64,000 nt of DNA. Origin: Candidatus Latescibacterota bacterium. GTDB lineage: Bacteria; Latescibacterota; UBA2968; UBA8231. Below the pieces are notes generated by a model that had not been told where the DNA came from, did no database searches, and was given only the letters and a program-made list of their open reading frames with translations. The DNA lies in NCBI GenBank assembly GCA_965208105.1, contig OZ242318.1:832001-896000 (forward strand). Direction: 5' to 3'. Both the position numbers and the translations under genes were made by a program. This document shows positions 27,368 to 37,147 of the stretch, in pieces. The stretch's first letter is position 1. Each line of letters starts with the position of its first letter.

Positions 27368-29566
27368 TCAGAAGAAAACCTTGTGCAGCAGGCGCAGGTT
27401 GCGGCCGGGCTCGGGCAGGATTTCCTTGACCCGGTTGAGGTGATTGCGGTAGACCGCGTCGGTGGCGTTCTCCATGGTCAGGGCAAAGGTGTGCAGATGT
27501 CCGCGCCAATGCACGTAGTACTTGCCCGAAAGGTCCAGCACGGCGTAGCCCTCGGTGGGCTCCTCGAACTCGCCGGGGCGGTTCTGGTCCGCCGCCAGGC
27601 GCAGGGCCCCGCCGGCGCTCAGAGCCTCGGTGGGCTCCCAGGCCAGGCTGATGCGGCTCTGCACCGGCGGCAGGCGCGGCAGGGGTTCGCCGCCGCGGTC
27701 GGCCAGGTGTCCGCGCACGTAGCTGAGCGAGGAGACCGTTTTCCAGTTCCGCCCCAGGCGCCAGTCGGCGGTGGCTTCGGCGCCGTGCATGAGGACGCGC
27801 TCCCCCACCATCTGGTAGAGGTAGAGGTCGGCGCGCCGCAGGCTGGGCTGGCCGCTGTTCTTCGGGAAGATGTAGCCGTCTATGACATTGCGGAACAGGG
27901 CCAGGTGGAGATGGCCTCTCTCGTGGTGGCAGTCGGCGAACAGCTCCAGTCCAAGTCCGCGCTCGGTGTTCAGGTCGCCGCTGCCCACCTCGTAGGAGTA
28001 GGCGGCCAGGTGAGGTCCCTCGGAGAACAGCTCTTCGATGCCGGGGGCGCGAAAGGTGCGCATCAAGGTGGCGCCCAGGGTCAGGCCGCGGCCGCTGCGG
28101 TAGAGGCCGGAGAGACCGGCGGAGAGGCCGGCGAAATCCCGGGTGCGGATGCGGCCCACGGTGCGCGAGTCACGCTCCTCGCGCGGCTCGACCCGGCGGG
28201 CGTCGGCGCGCAGGGCGGCGTTGGCCGACCAGGAGCCGCGCTCGATCTCCTGGTAGGTGAACAGAGCGCCGGCGTATTCCTCCGCCGGTGGGGTGAAGTC
28301 CAGACCGGCGGCGGCGTAGTTGCGGTACTCGTACCACAGTCCCGCAACCCCGTTGCGAAAGGGCCCCAGAGGTTCGAGGTGGGCCAGGGCGCTGCTGTGG
28401 TGGGACAACACCCCGAACTCCAGCCCCAGAACGTGATTGACCTCGAACTCGCCGTGCTGGTAGCGCGAGAACGCGTGGGTCAGTTCCAGGCGCTGCAGCC
28501 AGTCCGGTCCGCCGAGGAGCTCGCCGCGTCCTTCGAAATGCTGGCGTTCAAGTTCGATGGACACGCCGTGCGGATGGCCCCCGAGCGGATCGGGAGGGAT
28601 GCCGTAGTCGGAGTCGTAGACGCTGCCGGACACCCCCGCGTGGCCCCAGGGCCGCACCAGGCTGATACCCACCGAGGCATTGCCGGTGCGAATGTCCGTA
28701 TTGGGCAGTACTCCCCGGGGAGTGGCGATGTCGCTGGCGTTGCGCCAGCTTCCGTCGGCCCGCAGGGACATGGGCCCGAGGGGGTGTTCGAGGCTGAGGC
28801 CGGCCCCCAGGGCGCCGTTGACGCTCTCCCCCTGCCAGGTGAAGGAGCCCCCCAGGCCTTCGGGATGCGCAGAGGGAACGTAGCCGCGCACCACGTTGAC
28901 CACTCCGGCCAGGGCGTTGGAGCCGTAGAGCAGGGTCCTGGGACCGCGCACAACCTCGATGCGCTCGGTGGTAAGGGGCTCGATGGCCACGGCGTGGTCC
29001 GAGGAGGAGGACGAGAGATCGCCGGTGCGCTCTCCGTCTTCGAGCACCAGGAGACGGTCGCCGCCCAGCCCGCGCAGCACCGGCCGCGCCGGCGCCGGAC
29101 CCATTGAACGCTGGGCGATGCCCGGCTCGAAGTCTATGGTCTCGGCGATGGTGCGGCTCAGGTTCTGGCGCAGGGTGCTGCCGCTGAAGACCACTGCGGG
29201 GGTCTCCAGGGGCGAGAGTGGCCTGCCGCTCCGGGCCTCGATGAGGACGCTCTGCAGCTCCAGGTGATGGTGGCCGATGGCCAGGTCCACGTGGTTGGTG
29301 TCGCCGGCGACCACCTCGACCTCGAAGCGGGCTTCGTGGTACCCCACGTGGAGAGTTTGCAGAAGGTGAGTGCCCGAAGGCAGATTGGCGAAGAAGAAGT
29401 AGCCTTCGGCGTCGCTGATCCGGGCCCGTTCGAGCCCCTCGACCACCACGGTGGTCCATCCCACCGCTTCGCCGCTTTCGGCATCGACCACGTGGCCGGC
29501 CAGGGCGCCGGTCTCAGTGCCCCGGACAGGGGCCGCCCCGAGAAGTAGAAGAAGGAGGAAGATCAT
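27368..29566 (-). CDS. TonB-dependent receptor (ZnuD-like, probably metal uptake) with N-terminal carboxypeptidase-like Ig domain
   Basis: ARPVLRGLGGDR, SSDHAVAIEP, IEVVRGPRTLLYGSNALAGVVN plug, ELFSEGPHLA, YRNHL, PGRNLRL...F terminus. Confidence 0.9.
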   Translation of the reverse strand: MIFLLLLLLGAAPVRGTETGALAGHVVDAESGEAVGWTTVVVEGLERARISDAEGYFFFANLPSGTHLLQTLHVGYHEARFEVEVVAGDTNHVDLAIGHHHLELQSVLIEARSGRPLSPLETPAVVFSGSTLRQNLSRTIAETIDFEPGIAQRSMGPAPARPVLRGLGGDRLLVLEDGERTGDLSSSSSDHAVAIEPLTTERIEVVRGPRTLLYGSNALAGVVNVVRGYVPSAHPEGLGGSFTWQGESVNGALGAGLSLEHPLGPMSLRADGSWRNASDIATPRGVLPNTDIRTGNASVGISLVRPWGHAGVSGSVYDSDYGIPPDPLGGHPHGVSIELERQHFEGRGELLGGPDWLQRLELTHAFSRYQHGEFEVNHVLGLEFGVLSHHSSALAHLEPLGPFRNGVAGLWYEYRNYAAAGLDFTPPAEEYAGALFTYQEIERGSWSANAALRADARRVEPREERDSRTVGRIRTRDFAGLSAGLSGLYRSGRGLTLGATLMRTFRAPGIEELFSEGPHLAAYSYEVGSGDLNTERGLGLELFADCHHERGHLHLALFRNVIDGYIFPKNSGQPSLRRADLYLYQMVGERVLMHGAEATADWRLGRNWKTVSSLSYVRGHLADRGGEPLPRLPPVQSRISLAWEPTEALSAGGALRLAADQNRPGEFEEPTEGYAVLDLSGKYYVHWRGHLHTFALTMENATDAVYRNHLNRVKEILPEPGRNLRLLHKVFF

Positions 29567-29635
29567 GCGCTAGAATTCGGGTTCAGGGGTACTCGAGCTG
29601 AACGGTAGGTGCAATGGCGGACCATCGGGAGCCTC

Positions 29636-29664
29636 AATATATCCGCCCTTCAACGGGCGGGCAA
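29636..29664 (-). promoter_or_regulatory. sigma70 promoter TTGCCC-N17-TATATT with CCGCCC/GGGCGG palindrome across the spacer
   Basis: Read directly about 70 nt upstream of the TonB receptor ATG. Confidence 0.6.
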
Positions 29665-30008
29665 TGGGCGGCAAGACGCAACAGGCGCCGCCGGCCCCTG
29701 AGCTGGTGGAACATTGCGGTCCCGGCCGGTCCGTCCGCCGAATTGATTTTGCCTCCTCCCGGACCCTTGCGCAAGGACCCTCCCGGCGGCCGTACCGCGG
29801 CTTTCGCTGCCCTCCTTTGATGCACCGATTCGCCATTGACAACTGGAGGCACAATGGCTAAGGTGGGGAAACAGCTTGCGCGATAACCAATCGCGCCGGC
29901 CGATTCGAATCAGCTGGGGGAATGGGCGCGTCCCTGTTTTCCATGCAGATCGAAAACCCGCGGCCACATCCCCTTCAACCCTGTTCTCCGGGGGAAAGGC
30001 AAGAGGCC

Positions 30009-32177
30009 ATGGCGACATTGAAAAGGGTCGGCTCCATCGCAGCGCGCCTGCGGGAGCTGCCGTACGAAAAGCGGGTCTGCCGCGTCGAGCAGTACCCCTC
30101 GTTCTGCCGCGATCCGGATGACCGCACCCCGGACCACGTCATTCAGGAGTACGTAGACCTGATTCACGAGGCCGGAGTCGAAGCCCACATCGTTCAGTCC
30201 ACCCACAACCGCGGCACCCCCCTCTTTCCTTCCAGCATGTTGCCGCCGCACCCGGACCACGAGGGGTTCCGGCTGCCGAAATTCCTCGCCGCCGCCCACG
30301 AGAAGGGCATCATCGTCCTCTCCTATTACGCCATCATGTACAACAAGCCTCTCAAGGAGCTGCACCCAGAGTGGATGATGGAGTTCATCGACTTCGGCCG
30401 GCCGGCGCCGGAAAACGAGGGCTGGCCCTGTTTCAACTCCCCCCACAGGGACTGGCTCGGCGACTACCTCATCGACATCATGGATCATTTGGACCTGGAC
30501 GGGTTCTACTTCGACGACACCAACTGGGGCTCGCACGAGGGCAGGCCCTTCTACCCCAGTTGCATCTGCAGGTACTGCGAGGAGCTTTTCCGCAAGGACA
30601 CCGGCCGGCGCATACCGGGCAAGGTGAATTTCGACGACCCCGACTTCCGCCACTTCGTCAACTGGCGCTACGACAAGCTGCTGGACTTCAACCGGCACGT
30701 TTTCAAGCGGGTCAAGGAGAAGTACCCCGATGTCATCTTCGACTTTCACTACTACGCCAGGCCCACCACCGACTGGGTCGACGGCCACCAGCTCAACCCC
30801 CTGACCTTCGGCGACGACGGCGACCACTACTTCATCGAGACCCACCGGACGGTCCGCGAGACCGGATTCACCGCCAAGGTCGCCCGCTCCATGGGATCCC
30901 CGTTCTGCGTCTGGCGCAACCCGGTGCAGATACTGGAGCAGTGCACCTCGGCCTACGCCCCGTACCTGGAACCGCACACCCCGGTGATCCACGGGCTGCA
31001 GGGAATCATCAACGGGGGCTGCGCCGTCTTCGGCAGCTTCGGAGGCCCCATCCACTTGCACAAGAAATCGATGCGGGAGGTGTTCTCGCAGATGAAGAAG
31101 CGGGTCGAGTTCATGGGCGGAGAGACGGTCAAGTACGTGGGACTGCACTACTCCCAGCAGAGCCGCGATTTCCGCCCCAGCGAGCTGCCCAAGAACATGG
31201 CGCTTACGGAGAACTTCCACATCTCGCAGAAGGACGTGAACGGCAGCTACGAGATGCTCAACCGGTCCCACCACCTCGTCGACATCGTTCTCGACCGCCA
31301 GCTCACTCTCGAGCATCTCTCCGCCTATCCCGTTCTCATGCTGGCCAACAGCTGCCTCTCCGAGGCCCAATGCGACCAGATCCGCCAGTACGTGCACCAA
31401 GGCGGCACTCTCATCGGCAACCACGAGACCTCGCTGCGGGACGAGTTCGGCCAGGCGCGCGGCAACTTCGCCCTGGCAGACCTCTTCGGGGTGGATTTCG
31501 CCGGCCACATCGGCGGCGAGGAACCCTACGGGGTCGTCTACGTCCCCCATGACACCGCGCTGAAGTCCGCCTGCGAGCAGGTTATCTGCTTCGCCTCCAC
31601 CGAGACCGCGGTCCGGTTGAGGGAGGGCTCCACCGCCGAGGTACTCTGCACCCGCGCGAACCTTGGCCCCGATCTTCCCCTGGACAGCTTTCACCCCGGA
31701 TCCACCTTCGATTCCGGCGAGCCGGCGGTGGTGGCCAACAGCTTCGGCGCCGGACAGGTGATCTACATCAACAGCGACGTGGGCGACGGATTCATGCACA
31801 ACCCCTACCCCCCGCTGCAGCGCTTCATATCCCACCTGGTGGGACGCACGAAGTCTCCCGTGGTGGTGGACGCCCCCGAGGCCATCGAGGTGACCGCGTC
31901 CAGGCGCGGAGCAGGGGAACTGATGGTCCACCTGCTCAACGATCCCACCCCCATCGTTCCCATGGACATGCTGGAAAAGGGGGAAGGTCTCAGCACCCAC
32001 CTCTACCTGCGCGAAATTATTCCGGTACACGATGTCCGCATCCGCTTCAACGGCTTCGAGGTGAAATCGGCGCGCCTTCCCCTCGCCGGGGTGGATCTCG
32101 AGGTGGAAGGGGACCCGGCCACCGTGGTGGTGCCCAGGGTGGAGCTCCACGAAGTGGTGCTGGCGCAACTGGCCTGA
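30009..32177 (+). CDS. GH42-like/GHL6 TIM-barrel glycoside hydrolase with beta-galactosidase trimerisation domain
   Basis: AAHEKGIIVLSY, HPEW, CFNSP, DGFYFD, CICRYC, YPVLMLANSCLS, VVANSFGAGQVIY. Confidence 0.75.
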   Translation: MATLKRVGSIAARLRELPYEKRVCRVEQYPSFCRDPDDRTPDHVIQEYVDLIHEAGVEAHIVQSTHNRGTPLFPSSMLPPHPDHEGFRLPKFLAAAHEKGIIVLSYYAIMYNKPLKELHPEWMMEFIDFGRPAPENEGWPCFNSPHRDWLGDYLIDIMDHLDLDGFYFDDTNWGSHEGRPFYPSCICRYCEELFRKDTGRRIPGKVNFDDPDFRHFVNWRYDKLLDFNRHVFKRVKEKYPDVIFDFHYYARPTTDWVDGHQLNPLTFGDDGDHYFIETHRTVRETGFTAKVARSMGSPFCVWRNPVQILEQCTSAYAPYLEPHTPVIHGLQGIINGGCAVFGSFGGPIHLHKKSMREVFSQMKKRVEFMGGETVKYVGLHYSQQSRDFRPSELPKNMALTENFHISQKDVNGSYEMLNRSHHLVDIVLDRQLTLEHLSAYPVLMLANSCLSEAQCDQIRQYVHQGGTLIGNHETSLRDEFGQARGNFALADLFGVDFAGHIGGEEPYGVVYVPHDTALKSACEQVICFASTETAVRLREGSTAEVLCTRANLGPDLPLDSFHPGSTFDSGEPAVVANSFGAGQVIYINSDVGDGFMHNPYPPLQRFISHLVGRTKSPVVVDAPEAIEVTASRRGAGELMVHLLNDPTPIVPMDMLEKGEGLSTHLYLREIIPVHDVRIRFNGFEVKSARLPLAGVDLEVEGDPATVVVPRVELHEVVLAQLA

Positions 32178-32316
32178 AACGTCTTCCGCGCCCGGAATCC
32201 CGATCCATGGCGGTGCGGGGAGGGGAGCGCGGGCTCGCGGAGACCGGTTTGCCGGCTCCAACCCTGATTCAGCCGCAACCGCCGGGTGCGGGGTTGTCGA
32301 GGACAATTTGGAAGCC

Positions 32317-33159
32317 ATGTTGAATTCGAACCAAGTCAGTTTCTTCAAAGAGTTCGGCTTCCTGGTTCTGCGCCACCTGCTTTCGGCGCAAGAGGTCGCG
32401 AGAATCGGGGAGGAAGCCCGAGCGGCTGCGGACAGAATCTACGGCGACAGCCCGGGTGGGCCCCAGGGGAAATGGGTACCGCTCCTCGGCGACTCCACCC
32501 CGTTCAATGCATCCCTGCTGGAGGACCGCCGCTTCCATTCCATCGCCACCGCGCTGTTCGACGACTCCATTTTCGGACTCAACACCGACGTGCTCTTCTG
32601 GCAGGGTGATACCGGGTGGCACCGGGACCTGGACGTTCCCGGAAACACCGGGCTGAAGATCCTCTACTACCTGGATCCCCTGCGGGCGGACAACGGTGCG
32701 CTCCGCGTCGTTCCCGCCAGCCACATCGAACCCCACGAGACCGAAATCCCCCAGGTCGATCCACTGGTGCTTGCCCCGGGAGAAGCCGACTACATGGACA
32801 AGGTCCGCGCTCTCGCGGTCCATCCCGGCGGCAAAATGCTGCCCAGCGTCCTTGTCGAATCGGAACCAGGAGACGTCATCCCCTTCGCCATGCCCCTGCT
32901 GCACGCCAGCTTCGGCGGCTGCCCAGGCCGCAGACTGGGGGCGACGGTTTACTGGTATCCATCGGCGACGCCGGCGCAGTTGGAGGCGCGGCGGCGGGAG
33001 GTGAAAGCGATCCGCGGCAACCACGTAAGGATGTTCGAGTTCCCCCTGGACGAGCCCTATTGCCACCCGGACTTCATCGCCGGCGCCAGGGGCAACGAGG
33101 TCCGCTCCCGCTGGTTGGGGCAGCTCAGGAACCTGGGATGGATCGAGGCAACACACTGA
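32317..33159 (+). CDS. phytanoyl-CoA dioxygenase family protein
   Basis: FFKEFGFLV, TGWHRD, NGALRVVPASH, LLHAS. Confidence 0.88.
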   Translation: MLNSNQVSFFKEFGFLVLRHLLSAQEVARIGEEARAAADRIYGDSPGGPQGKWVPLLGDSTPFNASLLEDRRFHSIATALFDDSIFGLNTDVLFWQGDTGWHRDLDVPGNTGLKILYYLDPLRADNGALRVVPASHIEPHETEIPQVDPLVLAPGEADYMDKVRALAVHPGGKMLPSVLVESEPGDVIPFAMPLLHASFGGCPGRRLGATVYWYPSATPAQLEARRREVKAIRGNHVRMFEFPLDEPYCHPDFIAGARGNEVRSRWLGQLRNLGWIEATH

Positions 33160-33280
33160 GGTTCCGGCTTCTTTGCCGACAGGTTCCGGATGACCCGGAA
33201 ATCGCCCCCCGCGAGTACGACCGGAGGGCGGTCAACCATCAGGATTCCCGAGGGGTAATCCACCTGAACAGGAGAAAGCG

Positions 33281-34132
33281 ATGTTGAGCCCAGGCCAGGT
33301 CGCCGAGTACCACCAGAAGGGATACACCGTCCAACCCGGCTTCCTGAGCCCGGAAGCGGTGGAGGACATATTGGCCGAGGTCGGAAGGATCATCGGCGGC
33401 AGCACCCTCGCCGATCACGATGAATCGCGGATGGAAATGGAGCCGGAGCAGCCGCCGGAGGGCACCATGGTGCGGCGGCTCTACGAGCCCTGCACCCACT
33501 ATCCCCTGTTCAGAGAGCTCTCCGAGTCCGAGAAGCTGGGAAACTCGCTTGAGCAGTTGCTGGGGTCCGACCTGATGTTCCACTACAGCAAAATCAACAT
33601 GAAGCCTTCCGAGATCGGCTCGGTGGTGGAATGGCACCAGGACCTGCCCTACTACCCGCTGACCAACCGTGACTCGCTGGCGGTGCTGTTCTACCTGGAC
33701 GATGCAGACCGGGAGAACGGCTGCCTGCAGGTCCTGCCCGGGCGCCACCAGGGTCCGGTCCTCGGCCACATGAGCAACGGCTATTTCCAGGGCAAGGTGG
33801 TCGATGAGATGGACGCTTCCGAAGCCACCCTGGTGGAGGGCAAGGCCGGCAGCGCGATTTTCATGCACTGCATGACCCCACACGCCTCCATCGCCAACCG
33901 CTCTCAACGCGACCGGCGCACCCTCATCCTCAGCTACCGGGCGGCCGACGCCTATCCCCTCTACCACGGGGAGATGACCCTCCGCATCGAGTCCAACGCG
34001 CGGCTGGTGCGCGGTGAACGGGCCCCGACGGCGCGCTTCACCATGAAGGAGTTTCCCATTCCCCTCCTGAAGGGGAAAAGCTCCTCGCTCTACAAGCTGC
34101 AGGAGCGCTCCAGGGCGGGGGAAATCCGCTAG
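33281..34132 (+). CDS. phytanoyl-CoA dioxygenase family protein
   Basis: EWHQD, ENGCLQVLPGRH, TPHAS..NRS..DRR. Confidence 0.9.
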   Translation: MLSPGQVAEYHQKGYTVQPGFLSPEAVEDILAEVGRIIGGSTLADHDESRMEMEPEQPPEGTMVRRLYEPCTHYPLFRELSESEKLGNSLEQLLGSDLMFHYSKINMKPSEIGSVVEWHQDLPYYPLTNRDSLAVLFYLDDADRENGCLQVLPGRHQGPVLGHMSNGYFQGKVVDEMDASEATLVEGKAGSAIFMHCMTPHASIANRSQRDRRTLILSYRAADAYPLYHGEMTLRIESNARLVRGERAPTARFTMKEFPIPLLKGKSSSLYKLQERSRAGEIR

Positions 34133-34265
34133 ACAAAACCGCGCCGGAGCGCTGCCTGATCCGGCGCGGGATCCGCGCATCACGGCAGGTAACGGGTCGT
34201 CTCCTCCTTCGGTGCAGATCCGCGGCTCTGGCCTTCTACCCGGATTCCGAAGCCTGCATCCCTTC

Positions 34266-34799
34266 CTATTCGCGCTCCTCCTCGTCGTGGTCGTGATCCT
34301 GGTCGGTATCCTCTCCAGGACCGCCTTCCTCGACGTGAATCTCGATCTCCTTGGAGACAAAGTCGGCGTGGCCGGCGTGGTTGATCTTGAGGACGATGGT
34401 TGTGTGCCCCTCTTCCAGGCCCACGATGTGAAAAGACCAGGGTCCATCCAATTCGTGCTGCTCGAACTCGGCGATGCTCTCGTCGTCTATCTCCCAGCCC
34501 AAGGAGAAGCCCTCCTCCGCATCGGGAACGAAGAGGTCGCCGTCCTCGGCGATGAAGCGCACGTTGAGCAGGGCGGTCTCCTTGCCGTGACCCACCTCGA
34601 TTTCTCCTTCGACCTCGCCGTTCTCGTAGCGCACGATCTCCTCGCCGCTGCTGCGGATGATCAGGCCTAAGGCTTCGGCGTGCTCCTCGTCGTGGTCGTC
34701 CGTATCGACGGGATTGTCATCATCGCCGCAGGCGGCGATGAACAGGGCGAGTGCAAATATTCCGAAAGTGGGACTGAACTTTGTGATGTTCCTGAGCAT
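34266..34799 (-). CDS. His/Asp/Glu-rich putative metal-binding lipoprotein
   Basis: Lipobox IAAC, DDHDEEHAE, HAGHADF, C-terminal DHDHDEEERE; GGAGA RBS. Confidence 0.8.
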   Translation of the reverse strand: MLRNITKFSPTFGIFALALFIAACGDDDNPVDTDDHDEEHAEALGLIIRSSGEEIVRYENGEVEGEIEVGHGKETALLNVRFIAEDGDLFVPDAEEGFSLGWEIDDESIAEFEQHELDGPWSFHIVGLEEGHTTIVLKINHAGHADFVSKEIEIHVEEGGPGEDTDQDHDHDEEERE

Positions 34800-34956
34800 G
34801 ATCTGATTCTCCAATTGTTGAATTTTCGCGGACCCTTCCGGGACCCGCCATCGAGTAATGGTACAACGGCCTGGAGGTAGGAGCACGGCAGGATGCATCA
34901 TGCGGCAAGCCTTCACTGCTTCCTCGTCCGGACCGACGAAACGATGAGTGGAGAAC

Positions 34957-34999
34957 GCATCCTGGGCGCCCGGAACGCCGGTTCCGGCGGCGCGGATGC
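34957..34999 (-). promoter_or_regulatory. GC-rich hairpin starting immediately after the leader ORF stop
   Basis: GCAUCC/GGAUGC, GCGC/GCGC and CCGGAAC/GUUCCGG nested stems. Confidence 0.6.
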
Positions 35000-35314
35000 T
35001 CAGGAGCAGGGTGGGGCGCGGTTACTGCAGAAAAAGCCGCAGAAGAACAGCAGCAGGGGGACCGACCAGAGTACCGGGGAGCGGCCCCGGCACCCGGGTC
35101 GGATGAAGTACAGGAACAGGATGAAAAGGGATAGCAGTACCAGACTGCTCTCCAGCATGTGCACCGGGCAGGACTCGGGTTCGCCGGGGCCCTGGTGGAA
35201 CAGCTGGTGGCTCAGCGGCAGGGCCAGAAAGATACCCAGGAGGAGAGCCGCCAGGGCCAGACCGGCCAGGCGGGCCGGGCGGCGCTGAAGGGCTATGGTG
35301 AATCGAGGGTTCAT
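35000..35314 (-). CDS. DUF2946-like leader peptide with C-terminal RAPP arrest motif
   Basis: N-terminal TM/signal segment, HQLFH...CPVH putative metal site, ends SNRAPPCS*; 200 nt upstream of the metal-binding lipoprotein. Confidence 0.75.
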   Translation of the reverse strand: MNPRFTIALQRRPARLAGLALAALLLGIFLALPLSHQLFHQGPGEPESCPVHMLESSLVLLSLFILFLYFIRPGCRGRSPVLWSVPLLLFFCGFFCSNRAPPCS

Positions 35315-35325
35315 CGGCTGGGCTT

Positions 35326-35357
35326 AATATAGGGTCTCGCACGAGAAAATGCGAGAC
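35326..35357 (-). promoter_or_regulatory. promoter (-10 TATATT) overlapped by perfect palindrome GTCTCGCA-N8-TGCGAGAC
   Basis: Inverted repeat at 35334..35341 and 35350..35357; -10 at 35326..35331, 11 nt before the ATG. Confidence 0.55.
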
Positions 35358-35523
35358 ATCCCCTGCCTGCCACCAGCGGTCCGAGGGAATGGCTGACATG
35401 CCCACAGCAACCGGGGATGGACGCTGGCCGGGGCGGGACTCGGGATGCAACCCGGTCCACTCCGACGGAATGCCCGGGTTCTCCCGAAGGGGTTGGGCCG
35501 CGGCAGCAGCGCGGCCCCTTTCA

Positions 35524-36954
35524 TCAGGGCGCGACCTGGAAGGAATAGAGCTTTGCCCGCCGCATGCTGAAGCGCAGGCGCAGCGGTTGAGCGATCTCCC
35601 CTAGCTTTCCGCCTCCGCTCCATACCACCTGATGATCTAGCGAGTCCCCTTCAATGACCCTGCATTGCTCGCGGGTAAAGCCGGCCACGGGCTCGCCGTA
35701 GAGGGTGAGGGCCTCGACCTGCAGCGATCCTCCGCGGGCGTCGGCGTTCAACCTCAGGGCGCGGCCGCCGTCGAAATGCAGCGGCTTGGTGGTGAGCGTC
35801 CCTTCCCTGTCCCCGGCGGCCATGGAGGCGAATCCGTCCAGGCGCAACCGGGCCAGGCCCAGCTCGTCTCCCCTCATCTCGCGCCCGTTCCTCCTCGTCC
35901 CCATCAGCTCGGAGATCTGGATGTGGGGAATGTTGGAGCCGCGGTAGTAGAGCCGGATCTCATCATCCCCCACCTGGGCACAATCGAGATAGACCCGTTT
36001 CTCGTCCCATCCCCCGGTATCGCCGGAAAGAAAGGCCTGGCGCTCGCCCACGCGGGTCCAACTCCTGCCGTCGCGGCTGCATGCGAGCTGCACGTTCAGG
36101 GTGAAATTGAGCCCCTCCAGCGGCCGCTCGTCCCCGGTGAAATGGTAGAAAACGATCACGAACCCGATATAACAGCCTTCGTAGCGCAGGACGGGCATGT
36201 AGTAGAACTCAGTCCCTGGTCCGTCGACCTCGTCCGGTACCACGACCTCTTCGAGATCGGTCCAGTGCTCGAAGTCGATGCTCTCGCTGCGCCCGATCCG
36301 CCGCGTCGGGAAGGCGCTCTCGTCCGCCGTCCCGGTCCAGCGTTTCACGTGGTGGCCGTTGGGCCGCATGTAGAGGACGTAGCGGCCGCAGCGCTCGTCC
36401 CAGAAGACCGCCTGGCCGCCGTCGCCGGTGGGCGCGATGACCGGGTTTCCCTCGTAGGCGGACCAGGTCAGGCCGTCCCCGGAAAAGGAGACCCCGGCGC
36501 CGTGGGTTTTCGCCACGAAGTGCACCATCTTGAAGCGCCGCCGGGGATCGGGGTCGCGCAGATCCTGGATCACCGCCTTGTCATGAGCGAAGCCTTGCGG
36601 AGTCGAAACCAGATTGTTGTCCTTGCTGCCCTGGAAGTCCACCAGGCCGAGGCAGGGCCGCTCGAAGTGGATCCCGTCCTCGGACGTCGCGTAGCACAGG
36701 CCGGGACCGGGCACGCTGTACCAGAGCTTGTAGATCCCCTCCTCCTGGTCGAACAGGAGGTCGCAGTAGAGGAAGCGCCCCATTTCCCAGGGCCTGTCCA
36801 TGACCAGGATGGGATTGGCCCCGTCCTTCTCGGGCCGCTCCACGAAGCGGGAAACTCCCTCCCTGAACGCAACCAGGTGATCGTCTATGAATAGCTGCCT
36901 CTCGCGGCCGATCCTTACCACCTCGGGCAGGCGTTCTACTGCCTCCTCTGCCAT
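35524..36954 (-). CDS. GH32/43/130-like five-bladed beta-propeller protein
   Basis: RQLFIDD, YATSEDGIHFERP, DPDPRRRFKM, SRDGRSW, LRLDGFAS; paralog of 14515..16749 and 60245..61732. Confidence 0.75.
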   Translation of the reverse strand: MAEEAVERLPEVVRIGRERQLFIDDHLVAFREGVSRFVERPEKDGANPILVMDRPWEMGRFLYCDLLFDQEEGIYKLWYSVPGPGLCYATSEDGIHFERPCLGLVDFQGSKDNNLVSTPQGFAHDKAVIQDLRDPDPRRRFKMVHFVAKTHGAGVSFSGDGLTWSAYEGNPVIAPTGDGGQAVFWDERCGRYVLYMRPNGHHVKRWTGTADESAFPTRRIGRSESIDFEHWTDLEEVVVPDEVDGPGTEFYYMPVLRYEGCYIGFVIVFYHFTGDERPLEGLNFTLNVQLACSRDGRSWTRVGERQAFLSGDTGGWDEKRVYLDCAQVGDDEIRLYYRGSNIPHIQISELMGTRRNGREMRGDELGLARLRLDGFASMAAGDREGTLTTKPLHFDGGRALRLNADARGGSLQVEALTLYGEPVAGFTREQCRVIEGDSLDHQVVWSGGGKLGEIAQPLRLRFSMRRAKLYSFQVAP

Positions 36955-37147
36955 TTATCTTCCTCCTCTATTTGGTCACAGATCTTTTTCATGCACCCGA
37001 TCCCCGAAACGGCGGGGATGGAAAAATAATGCCGCCGCAACCATGCCGCAATCTCCCCTCCTCCCAAGTGTCCTGGATGGCATGGCACTCCTTGACAAAG
37101 GCACCGGACAGGAACTTATTCTGGTAACTTTGCAGGAAAATCCACGG

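Noticed and set aside
29570-29854. ORF in frame with the TonB receptor, separated by TAG (possible readthrough or leader)
   Set aside because: The receptor has its own signal peptide and a promoter inside this ORF; no RAPP or metal motif is present.
29567-29900. Possible cobalamin or other riboswitch upstream of the TonB receptor
   Set aside because: No B12-box or other riboswitch consensus seen, and the predicted leader is only about 60 nt.
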